Shown here in pieces: positions 19,136 to 28,682 of a DNA stretch of 63,098 nt. Made by a program: the position numbers and the translations under genes. Positions within the stretch are counted from its first letter, which is position 1; each line of letters starts with the position of its first letter. The notes beneath the pieces are model-generated. The model ran no database searches, had not been told where the DNA came from, and was given only the letters and a program-made list of their open reading frames with translations. The DNA comes from Candidatus Micrarchaeota archaeon (GTDB lineage: Archaea > Micrarchaeota > Micrarchaeia > Micrarchaeales > CABMGC01), in contig JAJZLT010000016.1 in the NCBI GenBank assembly GCA_021803245.1, forward strand, positions 1 through 63,098, in the 5' to 3' direction.

Positions 19136-19282
19136 ATGGAATATAAATTTGTCGTAAACAAGCAGTACAAATACATGCGCATATACAATATAGTAAAGAA
19201 GGTCAGCGGAAACCCCAATATAATCTCAAAGGCAATACAGTCGCTTGTTGACAAATACATAGTCAAGAAGAAACCGCTTTGA
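19136..19282 (+). CDS. 48-aa basic microprotein (below ORF-track cutoff)
   Basis: ATG 19136 to TGA 19282, MEYKFVVNKQYKYMRIYNIVKKVSGNPNIISKAIQSLVDKYIVKKKPL; fills the gap between two operon genes. Confidence 0.5.
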   Translation: MEYKFVVNKQYKYMRIYNIVKKVSGNPNIISKAIQSLVDKYIVKKKPL

Positions 19283-19299
19283 CATTCACACTGGTCTTT

Positions 19300-21693
19300 A
19301 TGCCGTCTAAAAAGTTAATAGTTGCGATAATAATTATCGTGGCTGTGCTTGCAGCAATAATGTATTTGTACTTGAGGAACGCCCTATCCATAGCGTCAAT
19401 AATAGGCCAGTATGGCATAAAGCCGACCGGCCGCATAAGCGAGCTTATAGGCGTATCTCAGACTGGCATCGCCAGCTACAATAATGCCCAGTCGTTTGTC
19501 TCATTTGGGATAGTGCACTACAATCTGACCAATGCAAGCTACATGAATCTTTCACTGATTACGTACAAGAATAATCCTGTGCAGCAGATATACCTGCTTG
19601 ACACAGGAAGCTCGTGCATGAACTGCATAAACGACCAATCGCTTTATGTTGCGCTTCTTGCTGATCTGAAGAAATATGATGCTGTGCAGAATAGCAGCTA
19701 CGTACATTACATCACATTCAGCGAACTGGGCGGGATAGTAAACAACTCCATAATAATAATACCATCCGGGCTGATGCCTGCAAGCCTGCTGCCTGGAACA
19801 GGCTTCAACTCAAGCGGAAGCAACATTACCATAATTAACATGCTTAACAGGGGAGACACAATAATATACATAGGCAGAAACTTCTCACAGATGGATAACA
19901 ATGGAGAGGTTTATATCACACCATCAGTAACAAGCGGATATCTGAATGCTACAGGGTTGGAGAGCACGGCTTTCCCGCCAGGCATAAATACATCGATAAA
20001 TGGCTCGCGCCTCTATTTCAATTCTTCTCAGTTTCAGTTTCTGAAAGGGAAACTGTACGGGCCGCTGAGCTACGTTGCTGCTGAAAACGGAAGCATTGTG
20101 TCATTTGGCAACTATCCCAGCTATGCATGGCAGAATATAAGCGCAGCCGCAAGCGACCTTTCCACGGTGCTCATGCAGCGCTTTTGGATGACCACCTTCC
20201 TTATAGGAAACGACAACCTTAACTTCAGCGCTGAAGTCTACGGAAACCATAGGAGCGTGGGAGGCTTCACTGACATAATATCGCTGCAGAAAACTCTTGG
20301 CCTGGCAAATTCCTCGCTTGTCAAGTCGCTTGTCAGCGGCTCATATTCCATGCTATATATAAAGACCGGAAACTACAATGGCTCCAGGACAACATATACA
20401 GAAATCCCTGTGACAATAACCCTTTCCAACAGCGCTCTCTTCAGCCTTCCTGCAGTAATTGGCGCAACTTCTACTGTGCCCATATACGTAAACCTGCTGA
20501 ACAAGTCATTGAATTCTGTCGCCTTCCATATCGATGTGTATACCTCTACGCTAGGCTACGTCTACAGCATACCGATAGGCTTCTTTAACACTTCGCTTGA
20601 GATAGTGAAGTATTACAATTTCAACCTGCCTACAGGCTATTACATTGGCTTCCTCAGGAGCATTTATGGGCAGAGCTACGGCAGCGTACTGTTCCAGGTG
20701 CTGGGCCTGAACGTCACCCCGATAAATTTGAACTTCCAGAAAGGGGTGTTCGCTTTTGAAATTTACAGCGACGGGCAGCCTGTGAACGAAGTGCCTTACC
20801 AGATCAGCATCAACAATGCATATCCTGAGAACGGAACTGTGAAAGATGGCATTATAAACTACTCCCTGCCTAAAGGCGTGCAGATCGCCCACGGCAATCA
20901 GGTATTCACTTTTTACACTCTTAACAGTACTTATACATACTCCGTGCTCTATGCCTCGCCGACGCAAATCTCGCCGTTCTACATTGAAGTTGCGATTGCC
21001 CTTGTTGCAATAATACTGCTCAACCTCGTGGCCAAGGCTCCTACGCGGGATGAGTATTATGTAGATGTGCCCACATTTCCGCCTAATACGAAGACAGAAG
21101 TCAAGGTGGATTCCAGCGCTATCATCAACCTTTTTGACACGGTAAATTATTACTATCACTGGAAATACATGCCTCTCACAGCCGAAGAGATAAAGAGCGG
21201 CATAGGGAGCAATCTGAGGTACAACAGCATGCCTATCTCAATAACCCTGCAGAATACACTTGAGGTGCTTGACAGGCTGTCCGTAAGCGGGAGCCTGGAT
21301 TCAAAATACGGATACTACATGCCTAAGAGGTGGAGGGACTCTTCCGGCCGTGATATAGAATACCTTGTGGTCTTCAGGAAGCTCAGGGATTATTGCGTTT
21401 CGCATGCGATGCTCTTCACAGAGATAGATTCAATTGAAAATGCTGACATGCTCGTAACCAAGGGCGGCATCCAGACGTATGTGTTCATATATTCGGCACT
21501 TTCCAGTACAAGGAAGATACATATCTCTTCCGGCAACAGGGCCGTGCTTGTATTTATAGACCAGGAAAGGAAAGCAGAATTCCTAGACAGGCTTTATGCT
21601 GCGGAAGGCAATGATGCTGAGCTTATGAAGATGGGCATAGCATGCTCGTACATAAAGCTGATAAGCACAGAAAACCTGGACCAGATAATTTAG
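19300..21693 (+). CDS. Large surface glycoprotein-like membrane protein with cytoplasmic C-terminal domain
   Basis: ATG 19300; N-terminal TM anchor, ~530 aa N/S/Y-rich region with many NxS/T sequons, second TM (FYIEVAIALVAIILLNLV), ~215 aa charged C-terminal domain. Confidence 0.75.
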   Translation: MPSKKLIVAIIIIVAVLAAIMYLYLRNALSIASIIGQYGIKPTGRISELIGVSQTGIASYNNAQSFVSFGIVHYNLTNASYMNLSLITYKNNPVQQIYLLDTGSSCMNCINDQSLYVALLADLKKYDAVQNSSYVHYITFSELGGIVNNSIIIIPSGLMPASLLPGTGFNSSGSNITIINMLNRGDTIIYIGRNFSQMDNNGEVYITPSVTSGYLNATGLESTAFPPGINTSINGSRLYFNSSQFQFLKGKLYGPLSYVAAENGSIVSFGNYPSYAWQNISAAASDLSTVLMQRFWMTTFLIGNDNLNFSAEVYGNHRSVGGFTDIISLQKTLGLANSSLVKSLVSGSYSMLYIKTGNYNGSRTTYTEIPVTITLSNSALFSLPAVIGATSTVPIYVNLLNKSLNSVAFHIDVYTSTLGYVYSIPIGFFNTSLEIVKYYNFNLPTGYYIGFLRSIYGQSYGSVLFQVLGLNVTPINLNFQKGVFAFEIYSDGQPVNEVPYQISINNAYPENGTVKDGIINYSLPKGVQIAHGNQVFTFYTLNSTYTYSVLYASPTQISPFYIEVAIALVAIILLNLVAKAPTRDEYYVDVPTFPPNTKTEVKVDSSAIINLFDTVNYYYHWKYMPLTAEEIKSGIGSNLRYNSMPISITLQNTLEVLDRLSVSGSLDSKYGYYMPKRWRDSSGRDIEYLVVFRKLRDYCVSHAMLFTEIDSIENADMLVTKGGIQTYVFIYSALSSTRKIHISSGNRAVLVFIDQERKAEFLDRLYAAEGNDAELMKMGIACSYIKLISTENLDQII

Positions 21694-21791
21694 GATAACA
21701 CATAGCGCTATATTAATAGCTGAGAAGGGCTTGCCAGTGGCTTAAGGCGGCGTTATGCTTCCGATTTTTGCCTGCCGGTGCATGAATTGCG

Positions 21792-23504
21792 TCAATCCTC
21801 TTCTTCCCTTTCTGCTCCGCCCTTTTTCTCCTTCCTCTCTTTGCCGTTATCGTTCTCTTCGCCTTCAGGTACAGTATCCTGTTGGATATCAGGCGCCTCA
21901 AAAAGCGATTTATACTTTCTCTCTATAAGAGATTTTAGCTGTTCTTCTATCTTTTCCTGCTTTATCGCAGTGATATCGCTCAGGTCTTTTGAGAGCTGGC
22001 TGACATAGCGCATTATTGTCTTGTATCTTGATTCCTGCGCCTTCATGTTCCTTACGCCGCTTATGTACCGCTGCACTGTCCTGCCGCAGTCCATTACTGC
22101 AAGCTTTATTTCCTCTATTATCTCTTCTTCCTGGGCTATGGCCTGCTTTCCCACCCCTGAGTACGGAACATAGACGCTCGAAACGTTTACCATGACGCTT
22201 ATTGGCTCCTCATCGAAATTCGCTATCCCGTACCTCTTCCATTGTATTGTCTTTACAGCATCAGTTATAGCGCAGTTTGAAGCGTCAAAGAGAAGTGGAA
22301 CCTTGTTTGCAAATCTTAGCACATTTCCTTCCGCGAGCGGAGATTCCTCGCCCAGCGGTCTTGTCTCGTCGGTTTTCTTCTCCTTGACCTCCTTGCCTGC
22401 GCCGCCGCCGTAGGCTATGCCTGCTTCTACCACAAAGGGCACGCCGCCCTTGAAGACCTTCGGCTTCCTCTCTATGACGCTCTGGAAGGTAGGATTAAGT
22501 ATATTCTTTATCGCAACGCCCATCTGCTTCTCTCCTATGGTGGAGAGCGAATCGAGTTCCGGGGCGATCCATTTTATCTGCTTGAATGCTCTTACAAGCT
22601 TCTCTGCATCGTCCCATTTCATCTGGTGCGGGTCCATCTCGAAATTTATCCCCTGCTCCACCGCCTTTAACTCGGCAATCTTTCCCTGGCTGATCCTTGA
22701 AAATGTCTCCATGAGAAAAGCGGATAATTTTCTGCTCTCGCTCCTATGCGCAAACTCTATCAGGTCATTTGTGCCTATGCCCAATGGATGCGGCTTTATC
22801 TGCTTGGGCTTGCTCGGCATCTCCTCGGTGCTGCGCATGAAGATGATCTCCTTCCCTTCAGGGTCGAGCAGCTTTATGCTTGCATGCGGATTGGAGAGCG
22901 CAGTCCTTTTAAGATATTCATATACGCCGTGATCGCTGTTCTCGTATTTCACATCTCCGAATTCGCCGTAGATGGAGGTTCCATGCATCCCTTCCTTTGC
23001 CCCGGAGTTTGCCATGCCGCTTATTATGGGCTTATTGCCTTTTATGTCGATGGTTATATCGCATTCATACCCTTCCTTCGATGTAAATGCGCTGACGTGT
23101 ATTGGCTTGCCGGTGGTGATTTGCGAATATAAGGTACACCCGGACGCCCCGATGCCCTGCTGCCCGCGCTGTTGCACATATCTGTTGAATTTTGTGCCGG
23201 CAAGAACAGTGGCGAGGGCCTTGCCTACATGCTTTGATGGTATTCCGGGCCCATTATCGCTGACTTTTACAGAATACTTGTCTTCGTCCAGCTGCCTGAT
23301 CTCTACGGAGATCTCAGGAAGTATGCCTGCTTCTTCGCACGCATCCAGGCTGTTGCTTACGTACTCATGCACTATTGTTGTGAGCGAACGCACCCTGCCC
23401 GAATAGCCCAGCATCTGGCTGTTTCTCCTGAAGAATTCAGAGATGGAGTGTTCCTTGAACTGTTTGAAAATTTCATCTGCAGATACCTGCTTGTCTTCAG
23501 CCAA
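21792..23504 (-). CDS. top6B: DNA topoisomerase VI subunit B
   Basis: SISEFFRRNSQMLGY, HEYVSNSLDACEEAGILP, DNGPGIP, RGQQGIGASG, LRFANKVPLLFD; TTG start. Confidence 0.97.
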   Translation of the reverse strand: MAEDKQVSADEIFKQFKEHSISEFFRRNSQMLGYSGRVRSLTTIVHEYVSNSLDACEEAGILPEISVEIRQLDEDKYSVKVSDNGPGIPSKHVGKALATVLAGTKFNRYVQQRGQQGIGASGCTLYSQITTGKPIHVSAFTSKEGYECDITIDIKGNKPIISGMANSGAKEGMHGTSIYGEFGDVKYENSDHGVYEYLKRTALSNPHASIKLLDPEGKEIIFMRSTEEMPSKPKQIKPHPLGIGTNDLIEFAHRSESRKLSAFLMETFSRISQGKIAELKAVEQGINFEMDPHQMKWDDAEKLVRAFKQIKWIAPELDSLSTIGEKQMGVAIKNILNPTFQSVIERKPKVFKGGVPFVVEAGIAYGGGAGKEVKEKKTDETRPLGEESPLAEGNVLRFANKVPLLFDASNCAITDAVKTIQWKRYGIANFDEEPISVMVNVSSVYVPYSGVGKQAIAQEEEIIEEIKLAVMDCGRTVQRYISGVRNMKAQESRYKTIMRYVSQLSKDLSDITAIKQEKIEEQLKSLIERKYKSLFEAPDIQQDTVPEGEENDNGKERKEKKGGAEREEED

Positions 23505-23508
23505 TAAA

Positions 23509-24009
23509 TCAACCCTTTAGCCTAAAATCGCGCCGCTTGCGCTCCATTATCCTGTATGCTTTTTTGTGCGTGCCGCCCTTCAGCAGAACATTAAGGGCAG
23601 TAACAGCTATATCTATTTGCTCGACAGTGCCTATTACTCCGATAGTGTTTCCGTATATTGAAATTGATGCGCCGCTTACTTCCTGCATGTACTCCTTTGT
23701 CCTGCCGTTTCTTCCTATAACCCTTGCCTTTATTCTTCTTATCTGCGCCTCGTTTCTGAACAAATCCTTCAGATATACATACTTTGAGAAGTAGTCTTCC
23801 AGAAGAAGCTTTTCGGCCACCTTCATCTCAAATCCTCTCCCAAACGCCTGAATCACATTCTTCGCGTTGTATTCCTCGTATCCTGGTCCGCTTATCAGCA
23901 CAAGATTCTCTTCTTTGAGTTCCACTTTGCATCCGAGAGACTTGCTAACTTCATGCAGCATGCCTGCAAGCTCCTTTGCCCTTTTGTGGGGTATCAATAT
24001 TTGCTCCAT
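23509..24009 (-). CDS. KH-domain RNA-processing protein (Dim2/Pno1/Krr1 family)
   Basis: AKNVIQAFGRGF, RIKARVIGRNGRTKEYMQEVSGASISIYGNTIGVIG; usual neighbour of top6B. Confidence 0.9.
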   Translation of the reverse strand: MEQILIPHKRAKELAGMLHEVSKSLGCKVELKEENLVLISGPGYEEYNAKNVIQAFGRGFEMKVAEKLLLEDYFSKYVYLKDLFRNEAQIRRIKARVIGRNGRTKEYMQEVSGASISIYGNTIGVIGTVEQIDIAVTALNVLLKGGTHKKAYRIMERKRRDFRLKG

Positions 24010-24216
24010 TAAACCACAGGATTAGAGGCAATTTTATTATCGCAGCAAACTTCTTTATACATTATGCATCAGCACTTTACTTTACGCCGGTTTTATTGCA
24101 GCTTGGAGAAATCATATGCTTTGATGCACCCGCCACGGGCAACAGTACTTATAGCCAGGTACATCTTTCTTGTCAGATTAAACGTATCGATGCCAGTGGT
24201 GCTGGATCAGTAAAAA

Positions 24217-24828
24217 CTACGGAGGGCTCTTTAAATGCACAGGCAAAGCTACTGACGCAGTATAAAGCGCAACTACGCTTGCCAGGAAGATAAAGATCGA
24301 GAAAAGGATCACAAGCAGTATCCACGCAGAGCTCTTATTCTTTACCTTTGCTTCTGCCCTGTCTACCATTATTGTCAGCGGCCATCCCAATATCCCGGAT
24401 ATTCCAAAGAGGAGGAAAAGGCCAAGTACTCCGAGTGGAGACTGGGAGAGACGCAGATTGTACGCACTCGTGCCGTATATTATTGACATTATGCCCAATA
24501 AAAATCCCATGAAGCCGATGTACTGTATCTTCATGCCCTTGTATATGGACCATGCGCCTCCTATAAAAAGAAGGCCAACCAGTACGAATATATCATAATA
24601 AAGGATGTTATAGCTGCCAGGCAGTGGCCATGTGAACTGTCCGTAAAGGCTCGAGATGAAGGCATAGAAGCCCAGGAGCGCAAGCGGAATTGCACCGGAG
24701 CTTATTGCTGCTTCTGCGGATTTGCCTTTCCTGTACAAAAATATGCCGTGTATTATTATGTATAGAAGCGTGAGGCCCATGAAGCCTAGCGCAAAGAGTT
24801 GCGATGTTAGAATGTCAATATATGTCAT
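24217..24828 (-). CDS. DUF981-like membrane protein
   Basis: Multi-TM; YIDILTSQL and GQFTWPLPGSYNILYYD motifs; likely start ATG 24828. Confidence 0.75.
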   Translation of the reverse strand: MTYIDILTSQLFALGFMGLTLLYIIIHGIFLYRKGKSAEAAISSGAIPLALLGFYAFISSLYGQFTWPLPGSYNILYYDIFVLVGLLFIGGAWSIYKGMKIQYIGFMGFLLGIMSIIYGTSAYNLRLSQSPLGVLGLFLLFGISGILGWPLTIMVDRAEAKVKNKSSAWILLVILFSIFIFLASVVALYTASVALPVHLKSPP

Positions 24829-25133
24829 AAAAAGGTAATGACTTAAAGCTTTAAAAAGCTTAGCCATCAGGGCGCTATTTTACATAACTGGGTAATTATC
24901 TACAACTGCAAAAACCTAAGACAAATAAGTAGTGCATACGCCTGGATCGCATATTCTGCCTATGCTGCTGCGCGCAATCATGGAGATTTGAAGTTAGCAA
25001 AATTTCCTGCAGCTTAAAATCGAGGTCAATAAAGCCCAGTTTCTTGCAGGATTATGGCCTACGCTTTGCCTCTCGTCGCTTATTATATAGAGCCATGCGG
25101 ATTGAGAAAGATTTAAATACTTTTACATTCCTA

Positions 25134-25215
25134 TTATGATTCAATCATGATTCTTTCATGAAGTGTCCCTGTAAGGTTCATGGATGCTTCATGAAACGTT
25201 CATGTATGGTTCATG
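25134..25215. repeat. 11-bp-phased TCATG array (8 units), probable operator array
   Basis: TCATG starts at 25145, 25156, 25178, 25189, 25200, 25211; degenerate units TTATG at 25134 and CCCTG at 25167 keep the exact 11-bp register; TATA-like TTTAAATA at 25112-25119. Confidence 0.85.
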
Positions 25216-25238
25216 GAAGATTGTTGCTGGATGATAAA

Positions 25239-25754
25239 ATGGCTAGGCGCGGGGGACAGATAGAAAAGGAAATCAGGCACCTTAGAGAGGAGATACAGAA
25301 CCTCGCCACAAGAAAAAACACTATAGAGCAGGTAGCTGAGTCCGAAAGCGTGCCTTCGTCGCTTATAAAGTACATGACTGAGGAGCGGGAGAGGACAAAC
25401 AAGCTGCTGGCAAGCATAATGGAAAAAGTGAATGCCCTGCAGAAAGAGCTTGATACGCTGTACGGCGGAGAAGCGCAGGAGCAGCAGTATGCCGAGCAGC
25501 TGCAGGATAGCAGGGAAATACCGCTCTCTGAACTTGACACAAAGATCTTGAATTTTGTACAGTTGAAGGGGATGGTCTGCGCAGATGACGTTAGAACTTT
25601 TATGAAGTATAACGGTAGAAATGCCGCGTGCGCAAGGCTGAACAAGCTGCATAAAGATGGGCTTGTGGACAGGATCCAACTAGGTCACAAGGTTTATTAC
25701 AAATATGATGCTGGCAAGACGACCAATACGCTCATTATATCACCTCCACAGTAG
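25239..25754 (+). CDS. Coiled-coil plus winged-helix DNA-binding protein
   Basis: Likely start ATG 25239; N-terminal coiled coils; C-terminal LSELDTKILNFVQLKGMVCADDVRTFMKYNGRNAACARLNKLHKDGLVDRIQLGHKVYY. Confidence 0.8.
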   Translation: MARRGGQIEKEIRHLREEIQNLATRKNTIEQVAESESVPSSLIKYMTEERERTNKLLASIMEKVNALQKELDTLYGGEAQEQQYAEQLQDSREIPLSELDTKILNFVQLKGMVCADDVRTFMKYNGRNAACARLNKLHKDGLVDRIQLGHKVYYKYDAGKTTNTLIISPPQ

Positions 25755-25758
25755 ATCT

Positions 25759-25790
25759 AAGGCCCGCGCAAGCGGGCCTTCTCTTCCTTT
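25759..25790 (+). terminator. Stem-loop with pyrimidine tail, probable terminator
   Basis: AAGGCCCGC-GCAA-GCGGGCCTT (9-bp stem, GNRA loop) then CTCTTCCTTT, 4 nt after the stop codon. Confidence 0.7.
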
Positions 25791-25850
25791 CCAATGGGCG
25801 TCTTTTTTATCGGCAGTTAGTGATAAAAGCTTTTCATTGGTAGTTTATTC

Positions 25851-26819
25851 ATGGACAATGTTTTTGTGCTATCCCATGCAAGCGATATCGACGGAGTAGC
25901 CAGTGCTGCGCTGATAAAGATAAGATTCGATGTGCCGCTGAAGAACATCTATTTCTCCACCTATTCTGAAGATGGATTGAAGTATGCAAAAGAACATATG
26001 CGGGCAAATGAAGTAAAGTGCCCTGTGCTCTTCATAACGGACATGGGTATCAATGAAAGGCTCACTGCTTTCTTTAAGGAGATATTGGAAAAATTCAGGG
26101 CTGAAAACGGGATGGTAATCTGGCTGGATCATCATATATGGTCTGATAAAGATATACGCGAAATTGCCGGCAAGTGCGATATCGCCATAGTGGGAGAGAA
26201 TCCGAAGTACTGCGCTACAGAAATAACCCGGAAGTTCCTTGGCCTTGAAGACATGTTTACCAAAAAACTGGCAGGAATAGTCCATTATTCTGACTTCAAC
26301 ATCACACCTAAAGACAGAGAAAAATACGATTTAATAGGAACATATGCCATCGCCATAACATATTACAATACGTTTGATTCGTGGAGCGGGAAGGTCGGCA
26401 GACTAAGAAAAATTACTGCGACGCTTGCTTCAGGAAGGCTTGCAAACGCTGCCATTAAGCGCGACAGGAAGATATTCGAGAGGCAGAACAATGCAAGGAT
26501 AAAAGCGATGCTCAAGAGCCTGCATTATCTTGGAAGCTATGCCGCCCTTGGATTTGCCGAAGACGTACAATCTACGCAAGCCTGCGCCGCGATAATGAAG
26601 GCGGGCGGGCGTGACGTAGGCATATACGTGAATACGAAAAGGGGCAAGGGAAGCATAAGAAGCGTGAAGCGAGACATTTCGGTGCTTGCAAGGAGGCTTG
26701 GCGGCAATGGACATCCGCACGCTGCCGGTTTCCAGATAGACACAAGGAAGTTTGACCTTGAAAATGAGGAAGGAAGGGAGAAGCTTCTAAAACTCATTGA
26801 AATGAAACTGAAGAAGTGA
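25851..26819 (+). CDS. DHH/DHHA1-family phosphoesterase
   Basis: SHASDIDG, FITDMG, WLDHH, SIRS...LGGNGHPHAAG. Confidence 0.9.
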   Translation: MDNVFVLSHASDIDGVASAALIKIRFDVPLKNIYFSTYSEDGLKYAKEHMRANEVKCPVLFITDMGINERLTAFFKEILEKFRAENGMVIWLDHHIWSDKDIREIAGKCDIAIVGENPKYCATEITRKFLGLEDMFTKKLAGIVHYSDFNITPKDREKYDLIGTYAIAITYYNTFDSWSGKVGRLRKITATLASGRLANAAIKRDRKIFERQNNARIKAMLKSLHYLGSYAALGFAEDVQSTQACAAIMKAGGRDVGIYVNTKRGKGSIRSVKRDISVLARRLGGNGHPHAAGFQIDTRKFDLENEEGREKLLKLIEMKLKK

Positions 26820-26832
26820 AGGCATCAGGAAG

Positions 26833-28041
26833 TCAGAGAAGCGTACCGTATCCTGCAAGCCGCCATCTCTGCCCATAATTCCTGAGCACGGATATCTTCG
26901 ATTTCGGCTCTATGCATGCCGCATGGTTAAGGCTTATTCCAAGCTTGTTCCGCTTTATTGTCTGCACATATCCGACGACGGTTCCTGTGCCTATGCCAAG
27001 TATCAGAGGCTCGTTTGCCCTGAAGCCCTGCTTTGGAAGGTCAGTTCTGTTTAGGGAGAGGTAATTTAAAGTTATGTTACTCTCTGTTTCCGGAAGCTTT
27101 CCGGCTTTTCCTACAATCTGCCCGACGAGGCCGTCTGCCTTTGTGAACGAAGGGTCTGTTTCAGTGCCTATCGCTATCAAGCCTCCAGGAATAGCCTCTT
27201 CTAGCCTTGATGAGCCTGCAGAGAGGCCCTCTATCTTTGTGAAGATGGGCTCGTACTGCTCCCTCTTGCCTTTTTCCCTTGACGTGTTTATGCCCGGCCT
27301 TATCTCTATTTCGTCGCCTACCTTGAACTTGCCTTTTATTATGGAGCCGCCAACAACTCCGCCGACAAGCTTCTCGATAGGAGTGCCCGGTTTGTTTACA
27401 TCGAATGATCTCGCTACGTACATGATTGGATCAGCATTCAGGTCTTTCTTAGGCACCTCTATATTGGCTATTTCAGCGAGCAACGCATCTATGTTTATGC
27501 CTTTGTTGGCCATAACCGGAACTATCTTGGCATTCTCTATGACACTGCCCTTCAGGAATGCTTTTATCTGCTCATAGCTCTTCTGCGCCTGCTCCCTGCC
27601 CACAACGTCTATCTTTGTCTGGACCACTATAACTTTGCTTATTCCAAGCGCATTTATTATCATCAGATGCTCGCGCGTCTGCGGCATAGGCACAGGTTCT
27701 GACGCTGCAATCACAAATAGCGCTGCATCTATTATGCTTGAGCCTGCTATCGCAGTTGCCATAAGTGTCTCATGCCCCGGAGCATCAAGCAGAGAGATCC
27801 TCCTGACTGGTTCGGGCTTTGAGCCGTCCGGGCAGACGTCCGCAGTGGTATAGACTGCAGAATCGCCGGTGCCACACCTGCTTATCAGCGTGTCAGCATA
27901 TCCTAGCTTTATTGTCATGCTCCTCTTGACGCTCTCGCTGTGGATATCTGTCCACTGGTGCGTAAGCGCATACGTGAGCGTGGTCTTGCCGTGATCGACA
28001 TGCCCAAGCGTCCCTATATTCAATTCACTCTGTTTGATCAT
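26833..28041 (-). CDS. eif2g: Translation initiation factor 2 gamma subunit
   Basis: NIGTLGHVDHGKTT, MTIKLGYAD, DAPGHETLMAT, PQTREHL, QTKID, ARSFDVNKPG, WRLAGYG; start ATG 28041. Confidence 0.97.
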   Translation of the reverse strand: MIKQSELNIGTLGHVDHGKTTLTYALTHQWTDIHSESVKRSMTIKLGYADTLISRCGTGDSAVYTTADVCPDGSKPEPVRRISLLDAPGHETLMATAIAGSSIIDAALFVIAASEPVPMPQTREHLMIINALGISKVIVVQTKIDVVGREQAQKSYEQIKAFLKGSVIENAKIVPVMANKGINIDALLAEIANIEVPKKDLNADPIMYVARSFDVNKPGTPIEKLVGGVVGGSIIKGKFKVGDEIEIRPGINTSREKGKREQYEPIFTKIEGLSAGSSRLEEAIPGGLIAIGTETDPSFTKADGLVGQIVGKAGKLPETESNITLNYLSLNRTDLPKQGFRANEPLILGIGTGTVVGYVQTIKRNKLGISLNHAACIEPKSKISVLRNYGQRWRLAGYGTLL

Positions 28042-28045
28042 GCAC

Positions 28046-28468
28046 TCATTTGCCTTTTCTAATATACTCCAATACTGTTGCCCTGGTGAAGCTGTCAAGC
28101 TTGAGCTTCAGAGCTGCCCGGGGCTTCTGCCAGACGTATCCCTGTATCTCATCACCATCTATCTTTACCTTGCTGCTCCTGGCTAAACAGAGAATGTCAA
28201 GAAATATATAATGCCTCTTTTTATAAAACCCTTTCGGATATATTGCTTCGTGCATCATCAGGAGCTTAATGGGCTTCAGGTTGATTCCCACCTCTTCCTT
28301 GGCTTCCCTTACCACCGCAGTATTTGCATCTTCTCCAAGCTCTATATGGCCCCCTGGCACCGTAATAACTCCCGGCCATTTGTATGACCTCACGAAGAGC
28401 ATCTCTCCCTTTCTGTTCAATATGAAAGCTCCGACTACAGGCTCGGGATATCTCTGAGTCATATACAA
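28046..28468 (-). CDS. Nudix hydrolase
   Basis: Nudix box GGHIELGEDANTAVVREAKEEVG. Confidence 0.9.
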   Translation of the reverse strand: MYMTQRYPEPVVGAFILNRKGEMLFVRSYKWPGVITVPGGHIELGEDANTAVVREAKEEVGINLKPIKLLMMHEAIYPKGFYKKRHYIFLDILCLARSSKVKIDGDEIQGYVWQKPRAALKLKLDSFTRATVLEYIRKGK

Positions 28469-28682
28469 GTAATTCGAGTTGAATGGCTAAATTACTTTTG
28501 GTGATAAGGGGGATTCCCTGTGAAGTTTCCCCTGCAAATGAATTTGTAAAAAGGGATCTGAAAGCCAAGAAGGAGAAATTGGGCCATTTCCAAGACAACG
28601 TATGATGATAATATGATAGTGCCATTGAGCAAGATTGGGATATGGCAGCAGCGTCTTTGCGGAGATGGCCTGAATTCTCTTT

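Noticed and set aside
4614..21693. Integrated conjugative plasmid or provirus
   Set aside because: No integrase, relaxase, separate coupling protein, replication or capsid genes and no att repeats seen around the locus; it adjoins core genes
25134..25215. TCATG array as a CRISPR array or as the coding N-terminus from ATG 25158
   Set aside because: An 11-bp period is far too short for CRISPR and is not a multiple of 3; the Cys/His-rich translation is a by-product and ATG 25239 is the better start
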